Source: Eledone cirrhosa (taxonomy: Eukaryota). Taken from it: 64,000 bases of DNA. The notes under the pieces were generated by a model. The model did not search any database. It was not told the DNA's origin and was given only the letters and a program-made list of their open reading frames with translations. Each line of letters begins with the position of its first letter. Within the stretch, counting starts at the first letter, position 1. The stretch is from positions 363,816,001 to 363,880,000 of the forward strand of contig OZ024740.1 in the NCBI GenBank assembly GCA_964016885.1, read 5' to 3'. Shown in pieces: positions 1-14,133 of this stretch. A program made the translations under genes and the position numbers.

Positions 1-269
1 TTTAATCTATCTATCTATCAATCTATCTATCTATCTATTTATTATTTATCTCTCTCCTTCTTCCTCACACATACACATAGTCTTACTATACCATTTCCAG
101 TGTATCAGACATTTTACATGAAATATACACCAACATTTATATAATAAATTGCACTCACAAAAGTGGAATACTGCTGCTATTAAACAATTATTGACCCAGA
201 TGCTTTAACCAATAACCTAACATTTCATTGATGTAGTGGACTGTAGTAATAACTAACTTGACACATCAT

Positions 270-540
270 CCTCATCACTTTTACCTCCATCTTCTGCGCT
301 GGCATTGGATGAGTTGTCATTCTAAGGCCAGTTAAGCTGGAAAGACCTCATTATGCTCATAGATTCCTTATTTTGTATGATTTCTGGATGTTATTCCTAA
401 TGCCAAACAGGTTACACGGCTTACTGAATACATTTTATAATGGCACCAGCACTACCACTTTACAGAATGTACTGAGTATAATCTAGTGTGGCACCAGTAC
501 TACCATTTTACAAAGTGTACTGTATGAATTTATGTACCAT
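270..540 (-). repeat. Old RTE-tail element with 2-3 units of the 48-bp minisatellite
   Basis: (CAT)n end, ggatg..ttcctaatgccaa core, repeated gcactaccactttacagaatgtactg units. Confidence 0.55.
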
Positions 541-594
541 GCTTCTGTCTACTCCCAATCCATAGAAAATATGTTTCTACATTTCTTATTGTAG

Positions 595-801
595 GTCATT
601 ATATGTATCTAAAGAGCACCTCTAGAGTGAATCCCGGTAATAAGGCAATCCTGAGTACACCAATTTATTTCAGTAACAAATTAACAATTTGTGTTACATT
701 TTGGTATTACATCTATGGGAAAACTTCTGGTACACTAAGGGTCCAATATCTAAGTGAAAAAGATCAGTTTAAATCACCAAAATCATTGTGGATGAGGAAA
801 G
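595..801 (+). CDS. Multi-MAM-domain protein, exon 1 in window (middle of MAM-A)
   Basis: ttgtag|GT CAT TAT ATG acceptor and AAAG|gtaaga donor. Translates GHYMYL...CVTFWYYIYGKTSGTLRV...LW, the MAM core motif. Phase 1/1. Confidence 0.9.
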
Positions 802-1079
802 GTAAGAAAATCATTCTTTTAATCTTACCATTACTATATTTCTAATGAAAAATACTACCTATGATTTTTAATTAATTTTGAAAATAATCAAGAAGGATTT
901 AGTATCATAACAAACATTTTCATGAGAAGCTTGTGTTTGGAACATAAGATGTTCTTACATAAAATTATTTTGGAATGACTAATCTCTTGAAGGCTTACAA
1001 GAGCAAAAGAGCAATTAAAGAGCTTAAATGTGACAAGACCACTGTGAAAGACAAAATCTGGCAGAGATGTCAAAAGCCT

Positions 1080-2500
1080 TAAATAGAGAAGGTATTCTTT
1101 CTCTGACTCGTGTGTGCTGAGTGGCCTGAATCTTTGGGAAGGCACCTAAGCAATTATAATTAGGTGTGATGATCTTAATTTTCAAAAAGGGAGACAAAAG
1201 ACATTGTTCCAATTATAGAGGAATCTCTTTGTTATGCCTCCTCAGTAAATTCTATGCTAAGTGTCCAGCAAAGAGATGTAGGGAGATTGTCGACTCCAAG
1301 CTAGCTGATGAATAGTGCAGTTTTCATCCCCAACGTAGCACAATGAACCAAATATTCACACTGCAGCAGTCTTCGAGAAATCGTGGGAGTATTATCAAGA
1401 AGTATATTCTAGTTTTGTAGAACTAAAAAAAGGCATATGACTGCATTCCTTGAGACCTGCTGTGGAAGGTTCTGCAGGAGTATGGGATCGATGGTGAGCT
1501 TCTTGTTGCCCTGATGTCTCTATGAATGTCTGAGTATTTGTGTTTGGATAAATTATGCTAAATTGAAATCTTTCAGTATGGGAATCAGACTCTGCCAAGA
1601 GTCTGTACTGTCAGCTCTCCTGTTCATTATTTTCATGAACAGGATTGACATACACAGCAGGGCTGGAAGTGGGATCATGACTGACAGGTGTAAAACCAGT
1701 TGTCTGGAATTTGCAGATGACATGGTATTACTTAACTCGACAGAAGGTGATCTCCAACTTGCACTTAATAGGTTTGATGCTGAGTGCTGCATGGCTGGAA
1801 AGAATTTCAACATTTTCTTTTAATAAGTGCTACAAAAACTGAGACACTTGTCCTCTCAAGGAAGCCTGCACAGTGCACTCTACATGTGAATGGCATTCCA
1901 CTGAAGCTGGTGGAGAAGTTTAAGTATCTCAGGTGTGTGTTCATGAGTGGTGGAAGACAGGAGGTTGAATTAAGTGCAAGAATTGCAGGAGCAGGTGCAG
2001 TAATGCATCAGTTTTAGCATTTGGTATTCAGAAGAAGGGTTGAAGGTGTAAAAACAAACTTGCTTGCTTCAAATCGGTATTTGTGCTAACCCTTACCTAT
2101 GGTCATCAATCTTGGGTAATGACCAAAAGAATATGATCACAAATACAAGCGGCCAAAATGGGCTTCCTACAAAGGGTCTTTGGAGTAATATTACTTGATA
2201 ACATAGCTCGGAAATTAGAGAGTTACTCCAGGTAGAGCTGCTGCTTCTTCTCAAAATTGAGAGAATACTATGGGCATGTGGTTAGAATGTTTCAGAAAAT
2301 AATCACGGCACAGATTTTACAGACAAAATCAACTGATAGGGGTAGACCCTGAGTAAGATAGTTGGATAACATCTATGAGCTTGGCAGGTCTCGCTTGGGG
2401 ATCCAGCCAGATCAGTTAGAGATGGTTTCTTCGGATAGGAGCCACTGGAAGGAGTGTTTTAGGACTCTGCCCCATGACCCTCTCAGGAATTAGTGGACGA
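1080..2500 (+). mobile_element. Decayed RTE-clade LINE, RT and 3' part
   Basis: IFKKGDKRHCSNYRGISLL, LEFADDMVLL and VEKFKYL motifs across frameshifts and stops. Ends near gaagatgatg. Confidence 0.75.
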
Positions 2501-3145
2501 AGATGATGTTTAAATTTAAAAAGATCCACATCCTCCCTGTAATGGTGGTCATGTTGGGAACACAGCAAAGAATCATCCAGTCCAGCCTGTAGAGTGGCCA
2601 TGCTAGTGACAGGACAAAAAAGAACCTGTCTACCCTGCAGATGGTCATGCTGGTGCTACAATGTAAGAGCACACAGTCCACCCTCTTAGATGGTTGTTTT
2701 GGTGTTACAATAAAAAAAACACCCAATCCACACTGTAGTGTGGTTGGTGTTAGGAAGGCTATCCAGCTGCTGAAACCAATCCAGAAAGTGTTTCGTATAA
2801 GCAAGACATGATCACCTGACCTGAATTATCTCATAATTTGACTACCCATCTAACCCATGCAAAGGTTGGAAGTAGATTGTCTATGACTTAATCTGGAAGG
2901 ATTTATTAAAATAACTAACTCTCTTATTAAACCTGTGTTTGGAACATAATTTAATTAATGTTCTTCCATAAATTGTGAATGAAAACTTTTAGATAAATAT
3001 AAATACATTAAAATAAATAGCTTAGTATTGTAGAACAAAGAGTGGTTTCAGGCAATTTGGAATCAAAATGTTTAAATGTTAAATCCAATCAATAATGACA
3101 ACTAGATTTCAATGATAATACCTTTGTCAATGGTTTCTTTTTCAG

Positions 3146-3307
3146 ACAATCAAGGCAATGAATGGAATGAAGCTAATATTAATATTGAAGACCATGCTGA
3201 TCAACATATCAAGATTGAATTTGTTGGTATTGCTGGTCCTGGTTACTCTCTAAATGTTGCCATTGATGATGTTTTAATATCAAACAAAGCTTGCACTGTC
3301 AAAAAAG
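3146..3307 (+). CDS. Multi-MAM protein exon 2 (end of MAM-A)
   Basis: tttcag|AC acceptor, G|gtttga donor. DNQGNEW...IEFVG...VAIDDVLISNKAC is a MAM C-terminal motif. Phase 1/1. Confidence 0.88.
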
Positions 3308-3789
3308 GTTTGAATACATCATATACTATCTAATTTCAACATTTTCTTTTAACTCTTAATGTCCTGTAACACATGAAACTACATTCTTGAAAAGAATAAA
3401 ACAGCTCTATGACTGCACCACTTTAGAAAGTAAAGTCTTTACTCTAATATTGTAAATGTTCACAACAATCTATCCCATAGTAAAAATATTACAAATATTT
3501 GAATTATCAAACCTGCTTTTAAACATTTTCTGCTCAATAATTATAGGACATTAAGTGTTAATAAAGAAGGAGAATTACTGCTAATCATTTCTACTCCTCA
3601 TTAAAAGGTTGACAGTTCATCTCCTGTTCCTAACACTGCTTTCTATCCCTGGCAAATACATATGACATTCAATTCGTCAATCAACCTTGCTATAAATGGG
3701 GTCCATTGACATGTACAATTCAATATTGTAGACAGTGATGATACTGTAAAATTGAAAAGTATTTCATTAGCTTGTTACATATCAACATC

Positions 3790-4095
3790 ATCATTATTTT
3801 AGATTTATTTTCCATGAAGCTAAACAACCTGAAGCTAAACAAGTCAAAGGACCATATCTTGTATGAACAAGATATGGTCCTTCGACCATATCTTTGACCA
3901 GCACTACCATTTTACAGAGTGTACTAAGTACATTTTATCATGGCACCAGCACTACCACTTTACAGAGTGTACTGGGTACATTTTATCATAGCTCTAGCAC
4001 TACTACTGTATAGAGTGTACTGGGTACACTTTATTGTGGCACCAGTACTACCACTTCAGAGAGTGTACTGGGTGAACTTTATCATGCCACAAACA
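3790..4095 (-). repeat. 48-bp minisatellite array (4 units) in an RTE-tail element
   Basis: gcactaccactttacagagtgtactgggtacattttatcatggcacca-type units at 48-bp spacing from 3901. Confidence 0.75.
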
Positions 4096-5129
4096 CTAGA
4101 TAGATTGTCAAGAGTAGATAGTTAAGAAGTTTGCTTTGCAAACATTAGTTTCAATCCCAGATTCAATCCCACTGTGTGGCATCATGTGCATATGTTATTT
4201 ACCATAGCCTTGGATAAAACTCTGCCTTGAGAGTGATATTAGGTAAACAAAAACTGCTTAGAAGCTGTAATACAAATAGCCAACCTCATCACACACTATC
4301 GTGCTTAATCTCCCTGAGAATTACATTAAGAATATATGTGCCTATGGAGTGATCAACAACTTACACATACATTTCATGAGGAGGTTATTCTGTTGATCAA
4401 ACAACAAACAACATGAACTTTCGTTGTCAAAATTGCATTGGATAATTGCATCTTCAAATATTTCCGTTCAATTCCACCAAAAGCCCCAAATCCCTTCATA
4501 CGTTTTTTATCCTTTCACATAGATTTAATAAATTTGTTTATATTTATTTCAACTTTTGGTTCACTTGTCTTTAAATTGAAACCACCAATCTGATGTTGAT
4601 TGTCAACTAATTCAGTCAAATGGAATAGCTTCAAGTAATTCCTGTATTAAATAAAACAAATCAGTAACTGGATTCTTATTCACTTTTAACTCATGGGCTA
4701 TATGATAATATAAATATCCTATTGGCCACATGTACATAAATCATGTAGATTGTGTTAGGGACAGGAGACTATTTTCAAAAATGGATCTTTTACAGAAGGA
4801 TTGACAGTGATTATGTTTTGAACAGTACCACCATTTTCCTATTAACTCCCATTTTTTTAGCTAATGACTGTACATGGCTCCCCACAAATGATACACACAT
4901 AATAGAATAGCTTATAAGCTTATATTATACCAAACATGTAATTGTTACATCATTTCTGGAAGTTTGTTGAAATAAATCACAGATTGTCCAAAACTCTTGA
5001 ATAATTCTTTCATTATCAACGATGCCTGTGCATACAAATATGGGATTTGATCAAAATTTAATGATCATATCAAATATATTTCAAACATTAAATCACAATT
5101 TAATTTAAATTTTTTGTTTTTCTTTTCAG

Positions 5130-5264
5130 ATGAGTGTCATTTTGAAAATGGCAAATGTGAATGGCAAAATAAAAATACAGGTGATTTTGATTGGGTAATA
5201 GGATCAGGGAAATATACAACTCTTTATGGACCATCAAAGGATCATACATTTTTAACAGCAGCAG
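5130..5264 (+). CDS. Multi-MAM protein exon 3 (start of MAM-B)
   Basis: tttcag|AT acceptor, G|gtaggc donor. DECHFENGKCEW...DFDW...GPSKDHT. Confidence 0.92.
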
Positions 5265-5579
5265 GTAGGCATTTCATCATTATAATAAATTTATACTTAT
5301 TTTCCATGGTGGTATGGATCGGATGGATTGACAAGAGTGACTTCATTTTGTTCATATCTTCTATATATAATAGTTTCTACAGCTGAATGTCTTTTCTAAT
5401 GCAAACCAGTTTACAGAGTGAATTGGGGCATGTATTGTGACATCAAGTATCTCACTTTACAGTTGAATGGGTAGATTTTCTTATATTACAAGTTGCAGAA
5501 GATGCATTTTATCATGGCACTGGCACTAGAGAGGTATGCTTGGGCTACATATATAATAATGAGAATAATGATAATAATA

Positions 5580-5892
5580 TTAAGGACAGTACAGGACAAT
5601 ACAGGACGGTACAAATGGGCATTCCTGCATGTAAAAAAAAACAAAAAAAAACAGAGGATGTAATAAAAGAACAATGAAAAAATTCCCCAATAGGGGGGAG
5701 ACTTCCAAGGGCCATCGTGGAGAAAGCCCATTAAAAAAGCCACGGTGACCCTGACCACCAAGGCAAGTGTCCTCTCCCAGTTTTCCACCTTCAATTTACA
5801 GACACATACTCAGAGTAGGCACATTAACACGGGCCATTCTTGCCTCTCTCACCCATCTTTCAACAAAAAGCTGGGAAGAGAGCACCTCCCTC
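5580..5892 (-). mobile_element. Tx1-type LINE 3' fragment
   Basis: Matches the 3' UTR and ORF2 end of the 8185-13790 element. AAT repeats on both sides. Confidence 0.8.
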
Positions 5893-5952
<60 letters not shown>

Positions 5953-6082
5953 TTTCTTTATTGGCCACAAGGGCTGACATCAAGAAAAACATTACAGACG
6001 ACACAGGACGGTACGATGTGGGTTTTGTGCATGTAAATATTTTTTATTATTTATATAAGAAAAGAAAAGGAAAGGACATAGA

Positions 6083-6171
<89 letters not shown>

Positions 6172-6572
6172 ATACTTTGGGAGGGTCATGTTGCCAATAA
6201 GAAACACACGCACCAGATGCTTTCACTTCAATTTAATTTATTATATATTTATAAATTTACAAATTTATAAATTTCTGGTTGGTTGGTTGGTTCCACAACC
6301 AGATAGTTGTTTATATATATATAGTCATAGTTCTTTCGTCACACACTCTGTGACCTCTTCAGTGACTGGGGATTTCTTTCTTCGTTTCGGTGCCTTTCCT
6401 TTCTTCTATCCTACGCCATTTTCAGGGTGATGATGATGATGACGATGATGATGATAATAGTGGTGATGGCGGTGAAGATAGTACTAATGATGTTGGTAAT
6501 GATGGTAATGGTGGTGGTGGTAGGGGTGATGACGATGGCTACCACTATCATCACAATACTTGCATTGATGGA

Positions 6573-7142
<570 letters not shown>

Positions 7143-7451
7143 TGATATATATAAACAATAAAAAGGAAAATTGAAACAATTAAAAATTCCCCAATAGGGG
7201 GGAAACCTTCGAGGGTTACTCGTGGCGGAAACCACACAAAAGACGACAGCCACCCTGACCACCAGAGCAAGCGCCCTCTCTCAATTTTTGCATTTCTCAA
7301 ACTACAGGTGTATATTTAGAGCAGTCCCGTTCACTTGGACCATTCTCGCTACATTCACCCACCTTTCAACAAACTTGCTAGAAGGCAGCACATGCCACTC
7401 CACCCTGATTTTTCTCTTCAAGTGAAACTTGAAAAAATAATAATAAAAATA

Positions 7452-7961
7452 ATGCAAAGTAAACAATTTACCACATTCGGAGAAGTGGTATGATCATAAG
7501 CCAGAGTCGGTGATAGAAAACGATCAGATGAAGGTGCTATGGGATTTTAGGATACAGACGGACAAGAAATTAGAACACAGTAGGACTGACCTGGTGGTTT
7601 TGGACAAGGAAAAAAGATTGTGCCTGATTGTAGATGTAGCGAGAGTGCAAGAAAAGGAGAGGGAGAAAATTAACCGATACCAGGACTTAAAGTGGGGGTT
7701 AAAAAGGATTTGGAACTGCCATGAAATCAAGGTCGTCCCGATTGTCATAGGCGCACTAGGTACTATCTGAAAGAGTTTCCAAGGATGGTTAAAGAAGATT
7801 AGTCCAGCCCCGCTTTTTGGAACACTTCAAAAGGCATGCTTGCTGGGAACAGCAAGAACCCTCTGATACATCCTGAATATCTGAGGCTGCAGGTAGAGGC
7901 ATGATATTCATTTCAACAAACTTTCCAGTTAAATAACATCAATGACTGAGACTCAAAGAAC
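7452..7961 (+). mobile_element. R4/Dong-type non-LTR element 3' fragment (family 2)
   Basis: VLWDFRIQTD...DLVVLD..K...KINRYQDL...VVPIVIGALG restriction-like endonuclease domain. Near-identical to 37630-38150. Confidence 0.85.
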
Positions 7962-7967
7962 AATAAT

Positions 7968-8154
7968 TGTTTCTACTTTTGGCACAAGGCCAGCAATTAC
8001 CTAGTGTATTACTGGTACTTTATTTTATCGACCCCGTAAGGATGAAAGGCAAAGTTAACCTCGGCGGAATTTGAACTCAGAATGGAAAGGGCCGTAACTC
8101 TTTGCGTCAAAGCATGGCGTCCAACCCTCTACCGATAATGCCAATCCACTGCCT
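7968..8154 (-). mobile_element. tRNA-headed SINE with Meta-like domain and Tx1-like tail; 15-bp TSD
   Basis: B box GAGTTCAAATTC and gcctttcatccttacggggtcgataaaataaagtaccag core. TSD TCAAAGAACAATAAT at 7953-7967 and 8155-8169. Confidence 0.88.
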
Positions 8155-8184
8155 TCAAAGAACAATAATAATAATAATAATAAT

Positions 8185-11100
8185 GCCTTCTTTATTAACC
8201 ATAAGGGTTGACAAAGTATAACATTAAGGACAACACAGGACAGTACAGGACTGTACAAATAGGCATTTCTGCGTGTAAAAAATAAAAGCAGAGTATGTGA
8301 CAAAAAAAGAAACCATGAAAAATTCCCCAATAGCAGGGAGACTTCCGAGGGTCGCTTGTGGAGAAACCCCACAAAAAAGCCACGGTTACCCTGACCGCTT
8401 GGGCAAGCACCCTCTTCCAGTTTTCCTCCTATAATGCTACAGACACACGCTCAGGGTAGGCCCATTCACACGGGCCATTCTTGCCTCTCTCACCCACCTT
8501 TCAACAAACAGATTTCTCCACCCTGAAAAAGTTAATGAGGGCATCAACGAAGAGGAAACTACCCATCTTCAACCCTTTCAGACATGTCCACCATACAATC
8601 TCTTTTACCATGGCCACCAGGCAGATAAAAACTGCCTGCCCTTCCCAGATAAAGGAAGACGGCGGGGCAATTCTCACGATGGACTCAACTGATAGCCAGA
8701 TCCATTCTACATGTGACAGCAGCTGTTCGACATAAACCCACAGGTCAGCAATGCTCAGACACTGGACGAGTGCGTGCAGGACGGTTTCATTGCCCTGCAC
8801 ACATCTCGGACAGGCCAGCCTGACGGCACTTCCATGCCTGTAGAGTTTATCCCAAACTGGCAAGGCTCCTCGGTAGCACTGCCAGGCCAGGGATTTCTGG
8901 AAGTTGTCCATGGGCCCCAGCCTGAAAGTTCTCCCAAAGAGATTGACTAGTTGGTTTTTGTCGGCGCCCAGAGTCTCCCCAAGGACGTCGTCACTCTATC
9001 CTTCCACTAACCCTCTATAGAATGCCAAGGTGGAGTTTCACCGATCATATTGCCCGACTGGTCGAGGGCTGTAAGCGCCTAAAGACATTCCAGTCTCCAA
9101 GCGTTTTCTCTCGGTCTTCGCTTGACCCAGGACTGCAGCTCCGGCAAGGAGATGAGCTGGGGAAGCATGCGTCTAGCAAAGGGTGACCACATCTGATCAC
9201 CTTCAAGGAAGAGGTGGAGATGTCATAGCCTGAGCGCATGTCTGCACATCAGCCACGGCGTGCCCAGTCCTCCGCGTAGCGGGTGTTGACAGCAGGTGGA
9301 CCACCTGGTTATCGAAGCACGTCCCTTCCACAAAAAGCAAAAGAGCAAATGCTCCAGCACAGTCAGGCGACTTATGACAAGGCACGACGGTCAGGCGGTA
9401 GTAGATGAAGGACATGATGTACGCGTTCGCCACCTCTGCTTGACCTTTCAGGGATAGCTTCCTCTCGAGCCATTTTTGGGTGAGAGAAGCCACCTTACTC
9501 TTCACCTCCTCCCAGTGTTTGTCCGTATGGAGGTCCGGACCAAACCAGACCCCTAGCAATTTAACCGTTCCGTCCGTCCAGCGCCCGATGACGTTGTTGG
9601 ATGGCATGGACCTGCCTCTCCAAGTGCCGAGGTGCAGGCCCACCGACTTTTCCTGGTTGATCATTGTTCTTGTCACCCCCTCGTATTCTCTTAGTGTGGT
9701 GCCGATTGCCTCAATGTGTTTGGCGTTCGACACCACTATGGTGACATCGTCTGCATATGCTGACACGGTTCTTTCGCATCCTAGTTCGCGCAGGACTCCC
9801 TCAACATCTCCAGTTTGTGTAGTAATGGCTCGAGAGTCAATATGTATAACAGGGACGAGAGAGGACATCCTTGGCGGACCGAGCGCATGATGTTGAACGG
9901 TTCCGAAAGGTGACCATTCACTCTCACCACAGAGCAGATGTCGCTGTGCATGTCAGCAATCCAGCCTCTAAAGACAGGCCCAAAGCCAGCCGCTCTCAGG
10001 ACTGCCGCCAGATAACGATGGTCGACCCTATCGAGAGCTTTCAACTGATCTAAATTGATCAACGACTCACCCATGCCAGGTTCCCTAGCTACCCTCTCTA
10101 TGATGTATCGCATGAGATGGAGGTTGTCGGGGATAGATCTGTCTGGAATGGCGCATGTTGGTGCCTCTCCCACCAGACTACCAACAACAAGCGCCAACCT
10201 CTTTGCTAGCACCTTAGCCAAAATCTTGAAGTCTGTATTTAACAGAGTTATGGGCCTGAAATTATCTATGTTATCCCCCTTGTTCGGACCCTTTCTCAGC
10301 AGTGCCACCACTCGGCTCACAGAGCTTGGAATTCTCCCGTTCTGCTGGCAGTTGCAGTAGACATCCGCCAACAAGTCTGGCATATGCACGTAAAGTTCAT
10401 AGGGCAGACCATCCAAACCAGGCGATTTACCCATTGTGCAGCTAGTCATTGCCTCCCGTACTTCAGCAGCTGTTATCGGCCTTTCACAACACTCCGCCTC
10501 AGTGGCTTAGAGCCGCAGCAGTCCATTGAGGTAGGCACTAAAGTCCATCCCATGATGCGGTCTGCCACTGCCCCGAACAGCTGAGCAAAGTGCTGCTGAA
10601 AAGCCGCACACATCTGCCTGAGATCGAGTAGCATGCGCCTGTCTGCCAAAGACTGGATCATGGCTTTGTTGCCACGACACGCCTCCGGCACCCAGGCCCA
10701 TTGATGTGCTTTCGTCCCCTTGTGTCTGAGAGCCCGTACCCTAGCTCTGACGATGCAGCCTTTATGCATGCATTGCGTTGAAAAATTGGTCGAGAGCCAA
10801 TTTCACCACAAGCACTTCGGTTGCGATACCTTTACTAAGCGCCTCGTCTAATTTGCTAACTAGATCTCCCTCTCCTCTACTCTATTTTACTCTATTACTA
10901 ACGCTTTACTAAACCTAATGGACTCTATTCTAATCGCTCTATTCAGGGCAAACCACCATTTGTTGTTGACGATGGCCCCCATCAACGCCTGCTTAACTAA
11001 TTCTCTAATCCGGTCTCTGTAAGCTTTGCATGCTGTTAACGATGTGTTTAACTTCCCTGTCTATGAAGCCTATCTAAGTCAACCACACATATCACGAATT

Positions 11101-13788
11101 TGTGGTTGAATTGTGGACAGCCTATGCTAGACCTATCTATTTCCCTACAAAATACCCTATCTAGATATGATCTGGATGACCCACTACAGTTTGTCCAAGT
11201 CCACATTGGCCCATTTGGGAAATCCAACCGGTACCTGTCAGACAGTTGAAAACGTCTGAGCAGGTTTGCAAGGCTTTTACACCATCCTCCCCTATCCACT
11301 AATCCCACACAGTCCCAGCGTGCATCTAAGATCCCGTTCCAGTCACCCACTAACACTAAAGAGTGGGACATTCCAAGAAAGGTCTCCAGACACCAGAAGA
11401 AATCAGGCAGTCCTGTTGGGGCATAGACAGCCACTAGCCTGAAAGCTTGCTCTGGTCACGTCCAGCAACACCAACTTATCTTCTGGGTCCAAGAAGGTGG
11501 CCCGTATCTCAAGATCCAGACTTCTCCGGAACAACACAGCCACTCCCCACCCCCCACCCACCCCAGATACAGGATGGCTTGGAGATGTGTACACCTCGTA
11601 GCCGTCAAAAATGGGTGCAAATGCCTGTGCCTCGGAGATTCTGGTCTCGCTGATTGCCACCACATCTATGTTTAACGACCTGAGATCGTTCAGCAAGTGG
11701 CCTTGCTTCCAAGACAAACCCAGGCCACGTGCATTTATGCTGCCTATCCTGAGAGAAGCCATGTTGGCTAGGATAGGAGGAAAACAAGTGAGAAGGGAAA
11801 AGTAAAAAAATTTACCTGTGGCTCTTCTTTAGGAAGGGGGTGGGTGATCCATCCCTCTGACCAGTGGCAGGTTTCTCCACGCAAACGTCTGTGAATGTTA
11901 TTTTGGTGATGTTCCCTCGGTAGTCTCCAATTGATGTGAGGAACAATTTTTTTTAGTGTCATGTAATTTTTGTGTGTGATTTCTATCATTTTTATGTGTG
12001 TACGGGGTGCAATTTTGGTGGTCTGTACGTAGTTTGTTTCTGTGATGTTGGTGTGGTGTTGAATGTAATTTAAAAGCTTTGTGTTGTCTGTGTCTATGGC
12101 TGTGTATTGTGTCTGCTGTTGGGGTGTTGGTGCTTTCTGTGTTTTCTGTAGTGTTGTTGGAGGTGACGATGGGGTAGATGCTAATGGTGGCCGTGGTGGT
12201 GGTGGTGGTGGTGGTGGATGAGGTGGGGTCGTTTTCATTTTCTTTTTTGGGGTTATTTCTTCCTCTTTTTTTAGAGGGCGAAGTTCTTCCTTTTTTTTGC
12301 TGGAATGATTTTCCATTCTTCGGCCTCATTGCACTCCTTGTCTGATTTAGCAATATCGGGAAGGGGCATGCTCTCCATTGGTTCCATTGGTTCCATTGTT
12401 GTTGGGATAGTGATTTTTCTTTGGCCACTGTGGTCTTGGTTGGTTTGTCCACTCCAGTCATGGGGCACGGCGTGGGGAGAAGGGTGGGCGCGTGCCGGTT
12501 TTGGTGAGTTTGGGGCAGAAGGCCTTAAGGTGCGTCTTGTCACTGCATCCATGACACCTTGGGCACCTACCTTCGACAGTCACGGTTAGATGGCTGCCGT
12601 CAGGTCTATTACATCGGGGATGGCCTCGATGCTCTCATGGTTTGCTTGGATGATTAACTCCATCCCTGACCCTGTCCAATTCTCCTGTCTTATTCGCATG
12701 ACGTCGAGTATAGTTGTTGAATCCTCAATGTCAGCGAGGACAGCCGCCGTCAACCATGTGACCTCCACTGAGGGCGGAACCTGGGTTACTTGAACCCTCA
12801 TTACTCTCTAACCGCAGTATGTGGGCATCATTATTATTTCATCACTGCAGAGTGGTGTAATGGAGTGTGCTCTGGCTTCTTCCGGTGTAGCAAACAGCAC
12901 ATCCACAGTGCCATACCTCGATTCCCGGGCTATGTATGTTGTCTGTACCCAGATGGCACCCATAGCTCTTTGGACCTGTGACTCTGTTGCCCGTTCGACT
13001 CGGCACAATTTTATTCTGATTGTGCGATAGCTGACTGAACACAAAAGCTTGTTTTTAATTATATTAGCTGGGTGGGTGAGATTTACCCTGTGTCCGCTCT
13101 TTTTAACCGAGTTCTTGGCTTGTTTTATCTCCTCATTGGTGGCGTGTACCCATTCAACATTTTTTGTGTCTTTAGCAAAAGATGTGTGTGTTGTGATCTG
13201 CTGTGCTGACTCATCGCTAGTCTTGCCTTTGTTGTTGATGTTGTTGATGTTTTTGTTGGGTTTTTACTTCTGTGTTGCTGCTGTTACAGTTGTTACTCCC
13301 TGGGTTCTTTATGGCTGTTGCTGATGTTATTGTTGTAATTGGGGTGGCGGTGGTGTCTCATCTTTCTAATGATGGGAAATTTTTTTCGTAATTTGCACTA
13401 CTGCTGCTACTGTTCCAGTGGCTGTTGCTGCTGTTGTCACCACCACCGCCACTGTTGCTGCTGCTGCTGTTTCTGTTGTTTTTGCCTTTGCCTTGTGATT
13501 GGACGGAATCGGCTGTTCTACCCTCCAAACAATCCGCGGTTCCTCCCTGTGGGCAATATTTTTCGCCCGCCATGTTTTTTTTAAACAAAAATTTTGGCAG
13601 TACGATTGTAAATAAATACAAATCTGGCCCTTAAGGGCGAGAGATACCATTAAAAAAAACACCTGTTTGAAGAGGGGTTCTTTAACTACACAAGTATGTA
13701 AAGATTACTATATAAAATGTTCGATAAATTCATGAAATTCAACTGACCTACTCCGTTGTAGTTACGCACGTCACAAGAGATTCAGCAC

Positions 13789-13790
<2 letters not shown>
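8185..13790 (-). mobile_element. Full-length, frameshifted Tx1/L1-clade LINE (ORF1 plus APE-RT-zinc finger ORF2)
   Basis: ORF2 from 11762 has GSINARGL, LVGDWNG, YLDR (APE); KSPGLDGL, RPITLLNTDFKILAK, VRQGCPLS, AYADDV (RT); CPRC..ETVLHALVQC. ORF1 remnants lie at about 11800-13570. AATAAA near the 3' end and (AAT)n on both sides. Confidence 0.93.
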
Positions 13791-13820
<30 letters not shown>

Positions 13821-14007
13821 TGTTTCTACTTTTTGGCACAAGGCAAGTAATTACCCAGTACAGTACTGGTACTTTATTTTATCGACCCTGTAAGGATGAA
13901 AGGCAAAGTTAACCTCGACGGGATTTGAACTCAGACCGTAAAGGGACGTAACTATGCTGGAAAGCATGACGTTCGACCCTAACCGATACTGCTAATTCAC
14001 CACACCT
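13821..14007 (-). mobile_element. Meta-like SINE in an (AAT)n tract
   Basis: Same family as 7968-8154, with AAT repeats on both flanks. Confidence 0.85.
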
Positions 14008-14133
14008 AATAATAATAATAATTATAATATTATTGCACAGGGATGTGCAAACCACATTTTAGTTGGTCTGCTGTGATGCAGATAAAATGAAGTATCAACG
14101 ACATGTATAAATGGTATAAGCTGGAGTATTATA

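Noticed and set aside
11768-13662. Pro/Thr/Gln-rich host proteins
   Set aside because: These are low-complexity, frameshifted pieces of Tx1 ORF1.
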